From Thermodesulfobacteriota bacterium (GTDB lineage Bacteria; Desulfobacterota; Desulfarculia; JACQYL01): a DNA stretch of 64,000 bases. Below the pieces are notes generated by a model. The model saw only the letters and a list, made by a program, of their open reading frames with translations. It ran no database searches and was not told the origin of the DNA. Below, piece after piece: positions 47,887 to 60,400 of the stretch. Numbering within the stretch: the stretch's first letter is position 1; every line of letters starts with the position of its first letter. The position numbers were made by a program, and so were the translations under genes. Location of the stretch: positions 2,368,001 through 2,432,000 of the forward strand of contig CAXXLZ010000002.1 in assembly GCA_963675595.2 (NCBI GenBank), written 5' to 3'.

Positions 47887-48090
47887 GATTGGGTACTATT
47901 GTCTTCTCTTTCTTTGACGAAAACCTACTCTAATCTATACAATAGGATCAATTCAAAGTCCCTCCTCCCGATCCTTCCGAGGCGGGACGCAATCATCGGC
48001 ATAAAGTTTGCCCTCAAACGCCAACGGTCATGCCGTTCACCAAAGGGCTGAAGCAGACCTCTCAGGTGCACAGGTAAAGGAGATACTGCA

Positions 48091-48720
48091 ATGGCGGACG
48101 CGTCCCAGCGAGGCTACAAACGAATGGACGACTACCTGTCCTTCACGTATCGCATGATTTCCGATCATGATTTTGAGGTGCTGAAAGGCAAATATCTTGC
48201 GGGTACGCTGGAAGAAGAGCAGACCGCCGATACCCAGTCCGCGCTTTACGAACTTGAGACGGCCTCCGATGATCAACCGGTTCTCAAAGTGCTCCAGCCG
48301 CTCCTCCAGGGCCTTTTCCAGAAGATGTCCATGCTCGACCGAAAAATGGACACCATCATCGCCCTGCTTCGAGGGGACAAAAATGCCGAGGCCATGGTAC
48401 ACCAGCCTCGAGAAATCAACATTTCCGGCAGCGGTTGCATGTTCAAAACGGAAAAGGCGCCCGAGGAAGGAACATTCGTCGAGATTCGAATTTTTCTATC
48501 GGACGGCGGCCGGACCGTCGTTCCGGCCCTCGGCAAGGTGGCCTATGTTAAAGGTGACGAACAAGGTTCCTACTCGGTCGGGGTTCACTTCGAAGCCATC
48601 AGCTACAAAAGCAGAGAACGGCTGATCCAATACATCTTCAAATCCGAAAGAGCCCTTCTGCGGGCACAAAAAGAAGGGGACACGGTGGATCAACTCCGTT
48701 CGTTGAGGCCCATGAAATAG
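48091..48720 (+). CDS. PilZ domain protein
   Basis: NISGSG c-di-GMP motif, GVHF, ERLIQYIF..ER. Confidence 0.8.
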   Translation: MADASQRGYKRMDDYLSFTYRMISDHDFEVLKGKYLAGTLEEEQTADTQSALYELETASDDQPVLKVLQPLLQGLFQKMSMLDRKMDTIIALLRGDKNAEAMVHQPREINISGSGCMFKTEKAPEEGTFVEIRIFLSDGGRTVVPALGKVAYVKGDEQGSYSVGVHFEAISYKSRERLIQYIFKSERALLRAQKEGDTVDQLRSLRPMK

Positions 48721-48844
48721 CAGCCGTCGGCAGGGCGGCGTCGACGGGCGGATAAGAGCTACGAGCAAACCCGCATGCATCTCCCGGCCGAGGGATTCCT
48801 TGTCGCCGCGAACCCGGCGGAACCCAAGTCTTCCCCATCGGACA

Positions 48845-50239
48845 TCACGTCGGCTCGGAAAATTGGTCGATCAACCGGAGAAGTTCATCGGTTTTCGATT
48901 CCATGAGCGATCGGTTTTCTCTGCTTTCCACGTTCAGGCGCAGCAACGGTTCGGTATTCGATTTTCTCAGATTAAATCGCCATTGATCCTGAAAGGCCAA
49001 AGAAACGCCATCGGTGTGATCCTCTTCCGTCGCACGGGAGGCGTAGCGGGCGAGCACCCGATCCATGATTCCATCCGGATCAACCACACGTCGGTTGATT
49101 TCGCCGCTGCAAGGGTACTTCGCCATGCGCTCGCCCACCAATTCGGCCAAGGTGCGACCGGTGCTGGAAACCGCCTGCGCCGTCAGGAGCCAGGGAATCA
49201 TGCCGGAATCGCAATAGAAGAAATCCTTGAAATAATGATGCGCCGACATTTCTCCCCCGTATAAGCCGTCAACCTCCCGAAGCAGGGCCTTCATGAACGC
49301 ATGACCCGTACGTCCCATCACCGGGATCCCTCCCAGGTTTCGTACGATTTCCACCGTGTTCCAATACAAGCGGGTATCGTGCAGGATGCGGCTCTTTGGG
49401 CGGCCTTCGAGAAGCCGTTCCGCCAGGAGTCCCACCACGTAGTACCCTTCCACATAGCGGCCGGATTCATCAAAAAAGAAGCAGCGATCGAAATCTCCGT
49501 CCCAAGCCACGCCCATGCCCGCACTGTGCCGCCGAACCGCGTTGGAGGTTGCTTCCCGGTTTTCCGGAAGAAGGGGATTGGGCACCCCGTTGGGAAACCG
49601 ACCATCGGGCTCCATGAACAACCGTACGAGATTGAAAGGAAGACGCTCCCCCAACTGATCCACGATCGGCCCGGCGCATCCGTTGCCCGCGTTCGCCACC
49701 AAAGTCATGGGCTCGAGTTCGTCCGGATCGATGAATCCCAGGACCGTCCGGACGTATTCCGTCAGAACGGATTCCTCTCTGCAAACGCCCGCCGGTCCCA
49801 CCGCAGGAAAATTCCTGGTCCGAACCCGCCGCTCAAGGGCCGGCAGGTCCCGATCCCCATTCATGGGTACGGCGCCTCCTCGAACCATTTTGATTCCGTT
49901 TTCGTCTCGGGGGTTGTGACTGGCGGTGATCATCACTCCGCCGCCCATGCCCGGTCGGGCGGCTGCGAAATAGACCATCTCCGTGCCGCACAGGCCGATG
50001 TCCAGGGCGTCCGCACCGCCCTCGTTGAGTCCGTGGATCAGGGCCCGCTGAAGATCGGGGCTGCTCAACCGAACGTCCCTGCCCACGGCCACGGGCCCGC
50101 CGGGTCGGACCTCGGCCACATAGGCTCTGCCGATGAAGTAGGCCAGTTCCTCGTTGATTTCATCGGGGACCTTGCCGCGCACGTCGTATGCTTTGAAATA
50201 GGGCAGACGTTCTTCCTTCGGAGTCGATTCGCGTTGCAC
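48845..50239 (-). CDS. Phosphomannomutase (ManB/CpsG-like)
   Basis: FKAYDVRG, ITASHNP, DGDFDR, GEMSAHHYF, RKSNTEP. Confidence 0.95.
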   Translation of the reverse strand: MQRESTPKEERLPYFKAYDVRGKVPDEINEELAYFIGRAYVAEVRPGGPVAVGRDVRLSSPDLQRALIHGLNEGGADALDIGLCGTEMVYFAAARPGMGGGVMITASHNPRDENGIKMVRGGAVPMNGDRDLPALERRVRTRNFPAVGPAGVCREESVLTEYVRTVLGFIDPDELEPMTLVANAGNGCAGPIVDQLGERLPFNLVRLFMEPDGRFPNGVPNPLLPENREATSNAVRRHSAGMGVAWDGDFDRCFFFDESGRYVEGYYVVGLLAERLLEGRPKSRILHDTRLYWNTVEIVRNLGGIPVMGRTGHAFMKALLREVDGLYGGEMSAHHYFKDFFYCDSGMIPWLLTAQAVSSTGRTLAELVGERMAKYPCSGEINRRVVDPDGIMDRVLARYASRATEEDHTDGVSLAFQDQWRFNLRKSNTEPLLRLNVESRENRSLMESKTDELLRLIDQFSEPT

Positions 50240-50422
50240 GCCTTCGCCTTTTCCGTTACATGTTCAATAATCGAGAGTTCACGTGGCGACCTAAAGAAAA
50301 GCGGGCATGAGTCGTTTCCATCCCACGGTTTCAGGAAGTTTAGCATGGGGATACCTTTCGCGCCATCCCTTGGCACCTTCCCGACGGCTGGAAACATTGT
50401 TCCGACTTTTTCATGAAAAAAG

Positions 50423-50451
50423 TTGACTTCCAATCGAGAGTTCATTATAAA
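50423..50451 (+). promoter_or_regulatory. sigma70 promoter of rplU-rpmA
   Basis: TTGACT-17 nt-TATAAA upstream of the GAGGAGG RBS. Confidence 0.7.
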
Positions 50452-50484
50452 TCTCTTTTCTTACATTCCGAGGAGGTTCCCGAG

Positions 50485-50799
50485 ATGTACGCAGTCATTC
50501 AAACCGGCGGAAAGCAATATAAGGTCTCTCCCGGGGACATTTTGCGCGTTGAAAAGCTCGAAGGAGATGTGGGCACGGACGTGGATCTCGGTCCCGCCCT
50601 TCTCCTGGCCGAAGAAGAAGATATCAAAATCGGCCGACCCACCCTGGATAACGTCTCCGTTACGGGCCGAATCGTAGAGCAGGATCGGGCGAAAAAAATC
50701 ATCGTTTTCAAGGCGAAACGTAGAAAAGGGTATCGCAAGAAACGCGGACACCGCCAGCATTACACCGCCCTTAGAATTACAGAGATCAAGGAGAACTAG
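50485..50799 (+). CDS. rplU: 50S ribosomal protein L21
   Basis: [14 protein letters not shown]...GHRQ. Confidence 0.99.
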   Translation: MYAVIQTGGKQYKVSPGDILRVEKLEGDVGTDVDLGPALLLAEEEDIKIGRPTLDNVSVTGRIVEQDRAKKIIVFKAKRRKGYRKKRGHRQHYTALRITEIKEN

Positions 50800-50801
50800 C
50801 C

Positions 50802-51059
50802 ATGGCACACAAAAAGGCGGGTGGAAGCTCGAGGAACGGTCGCGACAGCCACGGCCAGAGGCGTGGTGTTAAACGTTTCGGTGGACAAGCGGTTCGAGCC
50901 GGCAACATTCTGGTCCGGCAGTGCGGCACCAAGTTCCATCCCGGAACCAACGTGGGCCTGGGAAAAGATTATACTCTGTTCTCTCTGATCGACGGTGTCG
51001 TCAAGTTTGAACGTTACGATCGAACCCGCCAGAAGGTGAGTGTTTATCCCGTTCAGTGA
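50802..51059 (+). CDS. rpmA: 50S ribosomal protein L27
   Basis: [16 protein letters not shown]. Confidence 0.99.
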   Translation: MAHKKAGGSSRNGRDSHGQRRGVKRFGGQAVRAGNILVRQCGTKFHPGTNVGLGKDYTLFSLIDGVVKFERYDRTRQKVSVYPVQ

Positions 51060-51234
51060 GAGACTGGGACCGCCCGCCATCGGTGGACTCCGGCGGCGGG
51101 CGTATCGCCTCGGAACACCGCCCGCGCTCCTTCCGCAGAACCGTATCCCACTTAAGAACCCTTTGTCCGAACCTCTGAGCGGATCGCCGATTATATGTGT
51201 TCTCCCGACGCGACGGAGACTGTTTTCGGAGTAA

Positions 51235-52278
<1,044 letters not shown>

Positions 52279-52291
52279 GGAGTCGCCTTCC

Positions 52292-53470
52292 TTGCAAGCA
52301 ATCGAACTTGAAACGCAGCGGGAACAACGCACCGCAATCATGCGTAACGTCCGCCGAATCGTGGTCAAGATCGGAAGCGCCGTGGTGGCCACGGACGATG
52401 GCCTGGATACGAATTCCATCGCCCGTTTGGCAAACCAGGTGGCCGCTCTGAGGGAAAGGGGCGTCGAAGTGATCATGGTCTCTTCAGGCGCCATCGCCGC
52501 CGGCTCGCAAAAAGTGGGTCGGTGTCACCAACTTCGGTCCATTCCTGAAAAGCAGGCCGCAGCAGCGGTGGGTCAACCCAAACTCTTTCAGGCATGGGAA
52601 GACGTCTTCTCCACACACGGTCTCATCATCGGACAGATATTGCTCACCCGAGACGATCTGTCCAACCGCAGACGTTACCTCAATTCCAGAAACACGCTTT
52701 TCACACTGCTGCACTGGGGCATCATTCCCATCATCAACGAAAACGATACGGTCATGGTCGAGGAGATCAAGTTCGGAGACAACGACAACCTATCCTGCAT
52801 GATCGTCAGCCTCATTGAAGCCGGAGCGTATATCAATCTCAGCCAAGTGGACGGGCTGTACAATAAAGATCCCAGAACGCACGCGGATGCTCGGTATCTG
52901 CACGTCGTCCCGCGCGTTACCAAAAAAGTCATGGACATGGCTTCCAAGGATCCCGGAGCATTCGGCCGCGGCGGAATGCGGTCCAAATTGACCGCGGCCA
53001 AGAAGGTGGCCATGGTCGGTGTTCCCACGGTGATCGCGGACGGAAAGAGGGAAAACGTCCTTCTGGACATCATGGACGGTGAGGAAGTGGGTACGCTGTT
53101 TCTGCCCGAAGAAACCAGATTGGACAACCGCAAGTACTGGATCGCCTTCACCACCAAGGCCGAGGGCAGCCTTCTCATCGACGACGGCGCCTGTTGGGCT
53201 TTGACCGAGCGAGGGAAAAGCCTTCTGCCGTCCGGAATCCGGGACGTGCAGGGCAACTTCGGCATTGGGGCCAAAGTCCGGCTGGTGGGCCCCGAAAACC
53301 AGGAAATCGGCGTCGGTCTGGTCAACTATCCCGCGGACGAGATTAGGAAAATCAAGGGTTGCAAAACCGGCCGGATTCAGGAAGAATTGGGCTACAAATT
53401 CTATGATGAAGTCATTCATCGGGACAATATGGTCATTTCCAAGGAAGCGTGCGCCGTTACCATGGAATGA
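52292..53470 (+). CDS. proB: Glutamate 5-kinase
   Basis: VVKIGS, VSSGA, INENDT, FGDND, GGM.SK, PUA domain. Confidence 0.98.
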   Translation: MQAIELETQREQRTAIMRNVRRIVVKIGSAVVATDDGLDTNSIARLANQVAALRERGVEVIMVSSGAIAAGSQKVGRCHQLRSIPEKQAAAAVGQPKLFQAWEDVFSTHGLIIGQILLTRDDLSNRRRYLNSRNTLFTLLHWGIIPIINENDTVMVEEIKFGDNDNLSCMIVSLIEAGAYINLSQVDGLYNKDPRTHADARYLHVVPRVTKKVMDMASKDPGAFGRGGMRSKLTAAKKVAMVGVPTVIADGKRENVLLDIMDGEEVGTLFLPEETRLDNRKYWIAFTTKAEGSLLIDDGACWALTERGKSLLPSGIRDVQGNFGIGAKVRLVGPENQEIGVGLVNYPADEIRKIKGCKTGRIQEELGYKFYDEVIHRDNMVISKEACAVTME

Positions 53471-53487
53471 TCCGGGAGTGTGGGCGA

Positions 53488-54744
53488 GTGGAAACGAAAC
53501 GCATGATAGCTGAGATGACGACCGAGGCGCGGCGTGCCGCCCGGTTGCTCTCCCGTTCCGGGAGCACGTCCAAGAACGACGCGCTTTTTGCCGTGGCCGA
53601 CGGTCTGGAAACCCGCTCAAGCGAGATCAAGACCGAAAATCAAAAGGACGTGGAGGCCGCCCGGGAAAAAGGTATGAAGGCCGCTTTCATCGACCGCCTG
53701 ACCCTCACCGACAAGATCATCGGTGAAATGGCTCAAGGGTTGAGGGAAGTGGCGGCGTTGCCGGACCCCGTGGGCGAAATCACCCGCATGTGGACGCGTC
53801 CCAACGGCCTTCGTGTGGGCCGCATGCGCATTCCGTTGGGCGTGATCGGTTTCATCTATGAGTCTCGTCCCAACGTCACCGTGGACGCCGCAGGCCTATG
53901 CCTGAAATCCGGAAACGCCATCATTCTCAAAGGCGGATCCGAGGCCATGCACTCCAACGTGGTGCTCGCGAAGATTCTCCAAGAAAGCATTCGCTCCGCC
54001 GGCCTTCCCGGAGGCGCGGTGCAATTGATTACTTCGAGAGACCACCAAGCAGTTTGGGAGTTGGTCCAAAGGGACGACGCCGTAGACCTCCTCATCCCTC
54101 GAGGGGGAGAGCAGCTGATTCGCCAGGTTGTCCAGGAATCCCGCATTCCCGTGTTGAGACACGAAAAGGGGGTCTGCCACGTTTATGTGGACTCCGGGGC
54201 GGACCTGAACATGGCCGTTGAAATCGCCTACAACTCCAAGGTGCAACGGCCCGGCGTCTGCAACGCCATGGAAACCCTCTTGGTGGACGCCGCCGTGGCC
54301 GACGCGTTTCTGCCTCCCATGGTGGAGCGCTTCAAGCAAGCCGGAGTAACGCTCAAAGGCTGCCCTGATACCCGCAGGCGATATCCGGATATGGCCGAAG
54401 CCGTAGAAGAAGATTGGACAACGGAATATGAAGACCTGATCTTGTCCGTCCGCATCGTACAAGGTTTGGACGAGGCCATGGATCATATCGCTCAGTTCGG
54501 CTCGAGACACACCGAGGCCATTGTCACCGAGAACTATGAACGGGCCATGCGCTTCGTCCGAGAAACGGATTCATCCTTGGTGCTCGTAAATGCGTCAACG
54601 CGCTTCAACGATGGGTTCCAACTCGGGCTCGGAGCCGAGATCGGTATCAGCACCGTGAAACTGCACGCATTCGGCCCCATGGGGCTCGAGGAATTGACCA
54701 CCACGAAATTCATCGCTTTCGGCAACGGTCAACTTAGAAGCTAG
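53488..54744 (+). CDS. proA: Glutamate-5-semialdehyde dehydrogenase
   Basis: [44 protein letters not shown]; start uncertain. Confidence 0.97.
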   Translation: METKRMIAEMTTEARRAARLLSRSGSTSKNDALFAVADGLETRSSEIKTENQKDVEAAREKGMKAAFIDRLTLTDKIIGEMAQGLREVAALPDPVGEITRMWTRPNGLRVGRMRIPLGVIGFIYESRPNVTVDAAGLCLKSGNAIILKGGSEAMHSNVVLAKILQESIRSAGLPGGAVQLITSRDHQAVWELVQRDDAVDLLIPRGGEQLIRQVVQESRIPVLRHEKGVCHVYVDSGADLNMAVEIAYNSKVQRPGVCNAMETLLVDAAVADAFLPPMVERFKQAGVTLKGCPDTRRRYPDMAEAVEEDWTTEYEDLILSVRIVQGLDEAMDHIAQFGSRHTEAIVTENYERAMRFVRETDSSLVLVNASTRFNDGFQLGLGAEIGISTVKLHAFGPMGLEELTTTKFIAFGNGQLRS

Positions 54745-54774
54745 TCCACTTAGGGAAACCAAGGGATTCTCGTT

Positions 54775-55419
54775 ACGCGGATCGGAGTTTTCGGAGGCAC
54801 GTTCGACCCACCGCATTATGGCCATCTTCGCTTGGCGGAGGAGGTGAGGGAGCTGCTTGGCCTGGATCGCGTCATCTTTATGGTCGCGGCGGTTCCTCCA
54901 CATAAGTTTGGAATGAACACGGACTTCAGTCTGCGGTTCCGACTGACCTCTTTGGCGGTGGAAGGGCATCCCGGTTTCGTCTGCTCGGATCTAGAGTCGA
55001 CGCTCCCCGGCAAGTCCTACTCCGTTCAAACCCTGGATCGACTTCACCGGGAATACCCTACGGGTGAAGCTCGTCTTTTTTTTGTCGTCGGAGCCGACTC
55101 CTTTCTCGAACTCAGGACCTGGAAAGCCTATGACGAGCTTCCCGAGCTCGCCTCACTGGTCGTGGTGCGAAGGCCGGGCTTTTCGCCCGAGCGTGTGGAA
55201 ACGTTCTTAAAGGAAACCTTTCCAGGGTACGTGGAGACCGAGGGAACATTCGAATATCGACATCCGTCCCTCCAGCCGATGTATCTCCCGCCCTCCACTC
55301 GACTGGACATCTCCTCCACCTTGATCCGAAACCTGGTTTGTCAGGGCAAGAGCATCCGCTATCTGCTCCCGGAAGCCGTCCGAAAAACCATAGAAGACAG
55401 GGGGTTATATCTCCAGTGA
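54775..55419 (+). CDS. nadD: Nicotinate-nucleotide adenylyltransferase (apparent non-canonical start)
   Basis: RIGVFGGTFDPPHYGH (HxGH), PPHK, SYSV.TL, GADSF..W, ISST.IR; synteny proA-nadD-rsfS. Confidence 0.93.
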   Translation, partial: TRIGVFGGTFDPPHYGHLRLAEEVRELLGLDRVIFMVAAVPPHKFGMNTDFSLRFRLTSLAVEGHPGFVCSDLESTLPGKSYSVQTLDRLHREYPTGEARLFFVVGADSFLELRTWKAYDELPELASLVVVRRPGFSPERVETFLKETFPGYVETEGTFEYRHPSLQPMYLPPSTRLDISSTLIRNLVCQGKSIRYLLPEAVRKTIEDRGLYLQ

Positions 55420-55766
55420 CCGTCGATTCTCTTGTAAAGGCCCGTGAGGCGGCTCAAATCATGTTAAACAAGAAGGCGGAAGACCTGTCTATCTTGGATG
55501 TGAGGAAGCTCGCCTCTTTCACGGACTTCTTCATCATTTGTTCGGCCCGCTCCTCCCGTCAGGTACAGGCCGTTGCCGAGGAAACCGTCGAGAAGCTCAA
55601 AGAACTCGGTTTCCGGCCCTTGGGTAGGGAAGGTCTGAAGGATAGCGAGTGGGTACTTCTGGATTACGGAGACGTGATCATTCACATCTTCCTGTCTCCC
55701 GCCAGAGAATTTTACGATCTCGAAGGCTTCTGGTCCGAGGCCGAACGAATCCCGGCCACCGCTTGA
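55416..55766 (+). CDS. rsfS: Ribosome silencing factor
   Basis: KKAED..ILDV, TDFFIICS, WVLLDYGDVIIHIF..REFYDLE; GTG start overlapping the nadD stop. Confidence 0.96.
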   Translation: MTVDSLVKAREAAQIMLNKKAEDLSILDVRKLASFTDFFIICSARSSRQVQAVAEETVEKLKELGFRPLGREGLKDSEWVLLDYGDVIIHIFLSPAREFYDLEGFWSEAERIPATA

Positions 55767-55987
55767 CCCAAGAAGCACTCGAGGTGTGGGACCGGATCCG
55801 GTGTGTAGGTCCTCCGGATGTATGGACGCGGACCAAAGGCGACCCCGTCCGGAAATCCCGGTTCAGTCGGACCACAGGGATTTCCGCCCGGCGAGGGTCC
55901 CCGAAGACGACACTTCTCCGTTGAGCAAAAAGAAAAGGCTCGCGGTCCGGATCCCGCACCCGCTCCCAGGCTGAAAGGAAGGCACTG

Positions 55988-57490
55988 ATGAATCGCAAAA
56001 CCAACCCCCGAAGAGGCTCAACGGCCGTGGGGGTGCTTCTGCTCTTCTTCGTGCTTGGGATCATCTTTCCCTCACCTTCTTCCGCTTTGATGACGCCCAA
56101 GGAAGAGGCCGACATGGGGAAGGAGGTACTCCAGCAAATCAAACGCTCTTTCCCACTGGTGAAAGACGAATCGATCGAGGAATACATCAACAAGGTCGGA
56201 CATGAAATCGTAGAGCACGTGGGACATACGGACTTCCCCTACGAATTCTTCGTGGTGGACAACGGAGGTCTCAACGCTTTCGCCGTGCCGGGGGGCTATA
56301 TTTTCATATACCGGGGACTCATCGACATCATGTCCGGTGAAAGCGAGTTGGCCTCCGTGCTGAGCCACGAAATCGGACACGTCCAAGCAAGGCACATCGC
56401 TCGGCGCATGGAGCAATCCATGCCGTTGAACATCGCCACCATGGCGGCCGCTATTGCGGCCGTTTTGGCCGGAGGCGGCAAAGCAGCCACCGCCATCATC
56501 GCCGGAGCTACGGCGGCCAACGCCAGTTTCCAGTTGGCCTACAGCCGTCAGAACGAGGAAGAGGCGGACCGCCTCGGCATGAAATACCTGGAAGCCTCGG
56601 ACTACGACGTCCGTGCGTTTCCAATCGTGTTCAGAAAGATGGTCGAAAGCAAGTTTCTGAACTCCGATGCGGTTCCCACGTATCTCTCGACACACCCGGG
56701 TTTGAACGACCGAATCGTGTACATGGAAAACATGATCAACGCGGGCCAATATCCGGTCGATGAAGCCAAGGAAGACAAAACGAAAGAACGCTTCCTGGAA
56801 GCCAAGGTCAGGCTGATTGCTCTCTACGACCAACCGGAAGCCGGTACCTCCAAGTTGGAGGACATTGCAAAAGCCCAAGGCGGATCCCTTCCTCACTTCG
56901 GCATGGGTCTCCTTTTGGAGAGAGCCCGTCGAAACCATGAGGCCATGCAGGAATATTACAAGGCCATAAAATTGGACCCGGACAAACCCGAATATCTGAC
57001 CCAACTAGGCTCCGCCTGTTATTCCACGGGTAATTGCACGCAAGCTGCCGGCTACCTGGATCGAGCATTAAAGCTCGACCCCGACAATCCTCGTGCTTTA
57101 CTCTACATGGCCAGGGTGCGGCTGGAAGATCGACGCTACAAGGACGCTCAGAAACTTCTGGAGAAACTGAAACACATCGACCGCGACGACCTGGAAGTCT
57201 ACCAATACCTCGGGCTGGCCTATGGTCGCGACGGCCAACTGAGCCTGGCTCATGAGTATTACGCGGTGTATTTCGAACGTTCCGGCGATTTGAGAAACGC
57301 CCGGTACCACTACGATAAGGCTCTGGAATATGCTCAGGACGGCACTCGCAGGCAAGCTCTCAAAGATCGCATCCGTGAGCTGGAAAACCCGAAAAAGAAG
57401 AAGGAAGAGCCGCCTGTTGCTTTGGGACCTTCAGAGTCAGAGGGCGTTGGCAAGCTCGGCGGCCTGAGAGGCTTCCTCTTCGCCCAATAG
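55988..57490 (+). CDS. M48 metalloprotease with TPR repeats (BepA/YfgC-like)
   Basis: NAFAVPGG, HEIGH, YSRQNEEEAD, YLSTHP, C-terminal TPRs. Confidence 0.93.
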   Translation: MNRKTNPRRGSTAVGVLLLFFVLGIIFPSPSSALMTPKEEADMGKEVLQQIKRSFPLVKDESIEEYINKVGHEIVEHVGHTDFPYEFFVVDNGGLNAFAVPGGYIFIYRGLIDIMSGESELASVLSHEIGHVQARHIARRMEQSMPLNIATMAAAIAAVLAGGGKAATAIIAGATAANASFQLAYSRQNEEEADRLGMKYLEASDYDVRAFPIVFRKMVESKFLNSDAVPTYLSTHPGLNDRIVYMENMINAGQYPVDEAKEDKTKERFLEAKVRLIALYDQPEAGTSKLEDIAKAQGGSLPHFGMGLLLERARRNHEAMQEYYKAIKLDPDKPEYLTQLGSACYSTGNCTQAAGYLDRALKLDPDNPRALLYMARVRLEDRRYKDAQKLLEKLKHIDRDDLEVYQYLGLAYGRDGQLSLAHEYYAVYFERSGDLRNARYHYDKALEYAQDGTRRQALKDRIRELENPKKKKEEPPVALGPSESEGVGKLGGLRGFLFAQ

Positions 57491-60400
57491 CCCTGCCGCC
57501 TCCGCCAATCGCCGGTAAAGAGGTTGAGCCTGCAAGTAGGCATGAGGCAGCTGGAGAGCGCGCAGCATCAACCGCATTTCCAATCGCAGATCTCCGGTTT
57601 CCCCGGCCGCACGTGCGGCCAAAGCAAAGGCTTCGAAGCTTCGAGGGTTGGTTCCGAGCATGCTTTCCACATAACGCATGGCTTCCTCGTACCAACCTTT
57701 ACCCACCAAGTATTTCACCGCCGAGACGTTGAAAGCCGCATCCTCCGGATCGTCCGACAGGACGGACTCTAAGACTTCCACGGCGCCTTCCTTGTCCCCC
57801 AGCGCCCACCGATAGTCCGCTCGTCCCAAGACCAATCGTTTCTCCAGGGGATGAGACGCCTGCAGCTCAGTGAAAACCGCTTCTCCGAGCTGAGAATCAT
57901 GATGATATCGAGCCGCACCCGCGAGAGCTCGTATGAGCGGCAAGGAATCCGGATGCACCGCGAGTCCCGCTTTCAAGACCTGCAGAGCTTTCTCCTCCCG
58001 GTCCTGAGCCAAAAGCAGTCTTACCGATTGGAGATATACATCGGAAAGCAGCCGGGGACGCAGCGCAACGGCTCGATCCAAGGCATGGGAGGCCTCTTCG
58101 ATGAGGCCGCGACAATCCGGCCCCATCAGGTCCCAATCATAGGACAAGCGAACTTCTCCCTCGACGTCGCCTTCAAGCGGATTTGCCGCCGCGTGACCAC
58201 AGGAGGCTCGAAACTTGTTTAGGAGCGCTTCCGCCTTGATTCGATAAGCCTTGATTTCTTGACTGTTGAGCTTCAGGACATGATCCGCCGCCCGGATCAC
58301 TTCCTCCGGTGCGGCTCCCGACTTAAACAGAAAAGCGACATGCTCGGTTTCCAGATAGGGGAAGACCGGAAAAAGCTTTCTTGTCGTTTGGAGCCAAAGC
58401 ATTGCCGACCGCGTCGCGCGAGCGCCCTCCTCTATGGTTTTCGCGCGAGAGATACGCCGATCGAAGAAGCCATAGAAATAGAAGGCGCGAACCGGATCAT
58501 AGGGTTCCAGTGCTCGGGCACGCCGCAGGGCCTCCAACGAGGCGTTCTCCAGTTGCTCCGGCCCCTCTTCAAAGTCCTCTCGAGAATCGCCGTTCAGATT
58601 CTCCACCGCATCCCAGTACACCAGGGAAAGTTGCGTCTGAGATTGGGCGAAACCGGGGGCTAGTCGCACCTGCTCTTCGAACAACGAACAGGCCGTGCGC
58701 CACACGATTCGCCGCACGCGCGGCTCCGGATGATCCTGCGGCAGGAAAATGCCTCGCCTCCAGGCGGAGCCCGCGGCTCCCAGCATATCCGCGCGGGCGG
58801 GCTGAATACACCAGAACCAGGAGCACACCCCGAAAAAGACCACGCCCAGTCCGAATCCCACTCGCGAAAGCGTCCCCGCGCAACCTGCGAAACCACGTTG
58901 GTTCCCTCGGGACAACGACCAAGCCGCCGCAAGAAGACAGAGGATCACCCAAGCCGCATAGACCACTACGGAAAGGCTCCCCAATCGGGACATTCGGAGA
59001 ATTCCCCTTGCCGATTCCTCTGCACCGGAGCCCGTGAGCGACACCGTAAGGCTTCCCAGGAGAACATGGTGCGCGCCTTTAAGCAGGCAGAACGCCAGAA
59101 ATCCGAGAACTGCGGTCGACAACACCCCACGCAGAGCGCGGACGATCCATGCCGAAGAATTCGTCCCGCCTTTCCCGCTTTCCAGGGAAGCGGCGAAGCC
59201 GCCCCAAAGGACCGGCAACAAGAGCAGTCCGACATAGAACAGGACCGTCTTGGCTCTCATAGGAAAATGACCCGGAGCGAGAAAAGGCTTCAACGCATAC
59301 CCGAGGGAACTTCCCTCGTGAGGATACGCGTACACCAGTTGAGCCGCCTCCGGCAGCAGTTTCAAGCCCGGCACCGCTTGAACGAAGGAGAAAGTCATCG
59401 TGCCGCAGGCCAGAGCCAGGAGAATCCCGAAGACCGTCGCTCTGGAAGCATCCTCGTTTGTCGAGACGGACTGCGCAAGGCCTCCGGCCGAACTCTGCTC
59501 CCGGCCTTGCACTTCTCCGACCAACGAGCCGGATGCGACCGAAGACGACTCATCAGCTTGCCTCAGTCCGACTCCTCGCACGGCCACGGCCGCCAAAGCG
59601 CCCGCAAAGACCCAGAACAACGTGCGGGACGCCATGACTTCCAGACTCACCGCGGTCTCGGCCCAGTGAACGGCCAGAGATACCAGCAGCCCCACCAGTG
59701 GAAACCACACGCCGTGAACCGTACTTGATTTGAGCCTCCTCACCGGGGCGAACAAGACAAAGGCTGCGAGGCCGGCCAAAAAGCCCACATGAATGCCCAC
59801 ACCGATGAAAGGAAGGCCGAAAAGCACGATGGCTCCGCCCGCTCCGGTGCCGGCCCCCCCCCAAAGGGACACGACCAATCGACGACGCCTTGTTCGATCC
59901 ATGCGAAAGCCCAGCGAGGCTAGGCCGTAGGTTAGGATGCGCTGAAAAAGCAGCAGAAACACCGCGATTCCCGCAATCCCCGTGGACAGCATCAGGTCCA
60001 GACCAAGATTGTGCGCTCGATCCGCGCTTTCCGTGGGGGCATGGTGCGGCGCCATGGATGAGGGGTAATGGGCGCGAAACACCGCGGCCCCCTGCTCCCG
60101 GCCGAACCCGATGAGAAAGCGAATGGAATGCAGAGAATCCTCCACCGGTTCGGTTTCCGGATCGACTGGAACGGCCCTCATGGGAGGGTCGGAAAAAATG
60201 CCGTTGACATAGGCTTCCCAGTAATCGATCCGCTCTCTGACCGTTCCCGCACGCAAAGCTGTTTGCTGAGCGGTTTCCGCGGCATCGGAGAACAGCTCCG
60301 GGACCTCCCGGAAGTCCACCGTGCGGCTCCGAAGCCCGAAACCCAGAGCGAACAGAAGGATGAGGGCAACGGTGAACATCCACGCGGGCAAGGCCGACGA

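Noticed and set aside
57437-57490. 54-nt convergent overlap of the M48 protease and ligase-like genes
   Set aside because: Short 3' overlaps of non-conserved tails are common; no evidence of function
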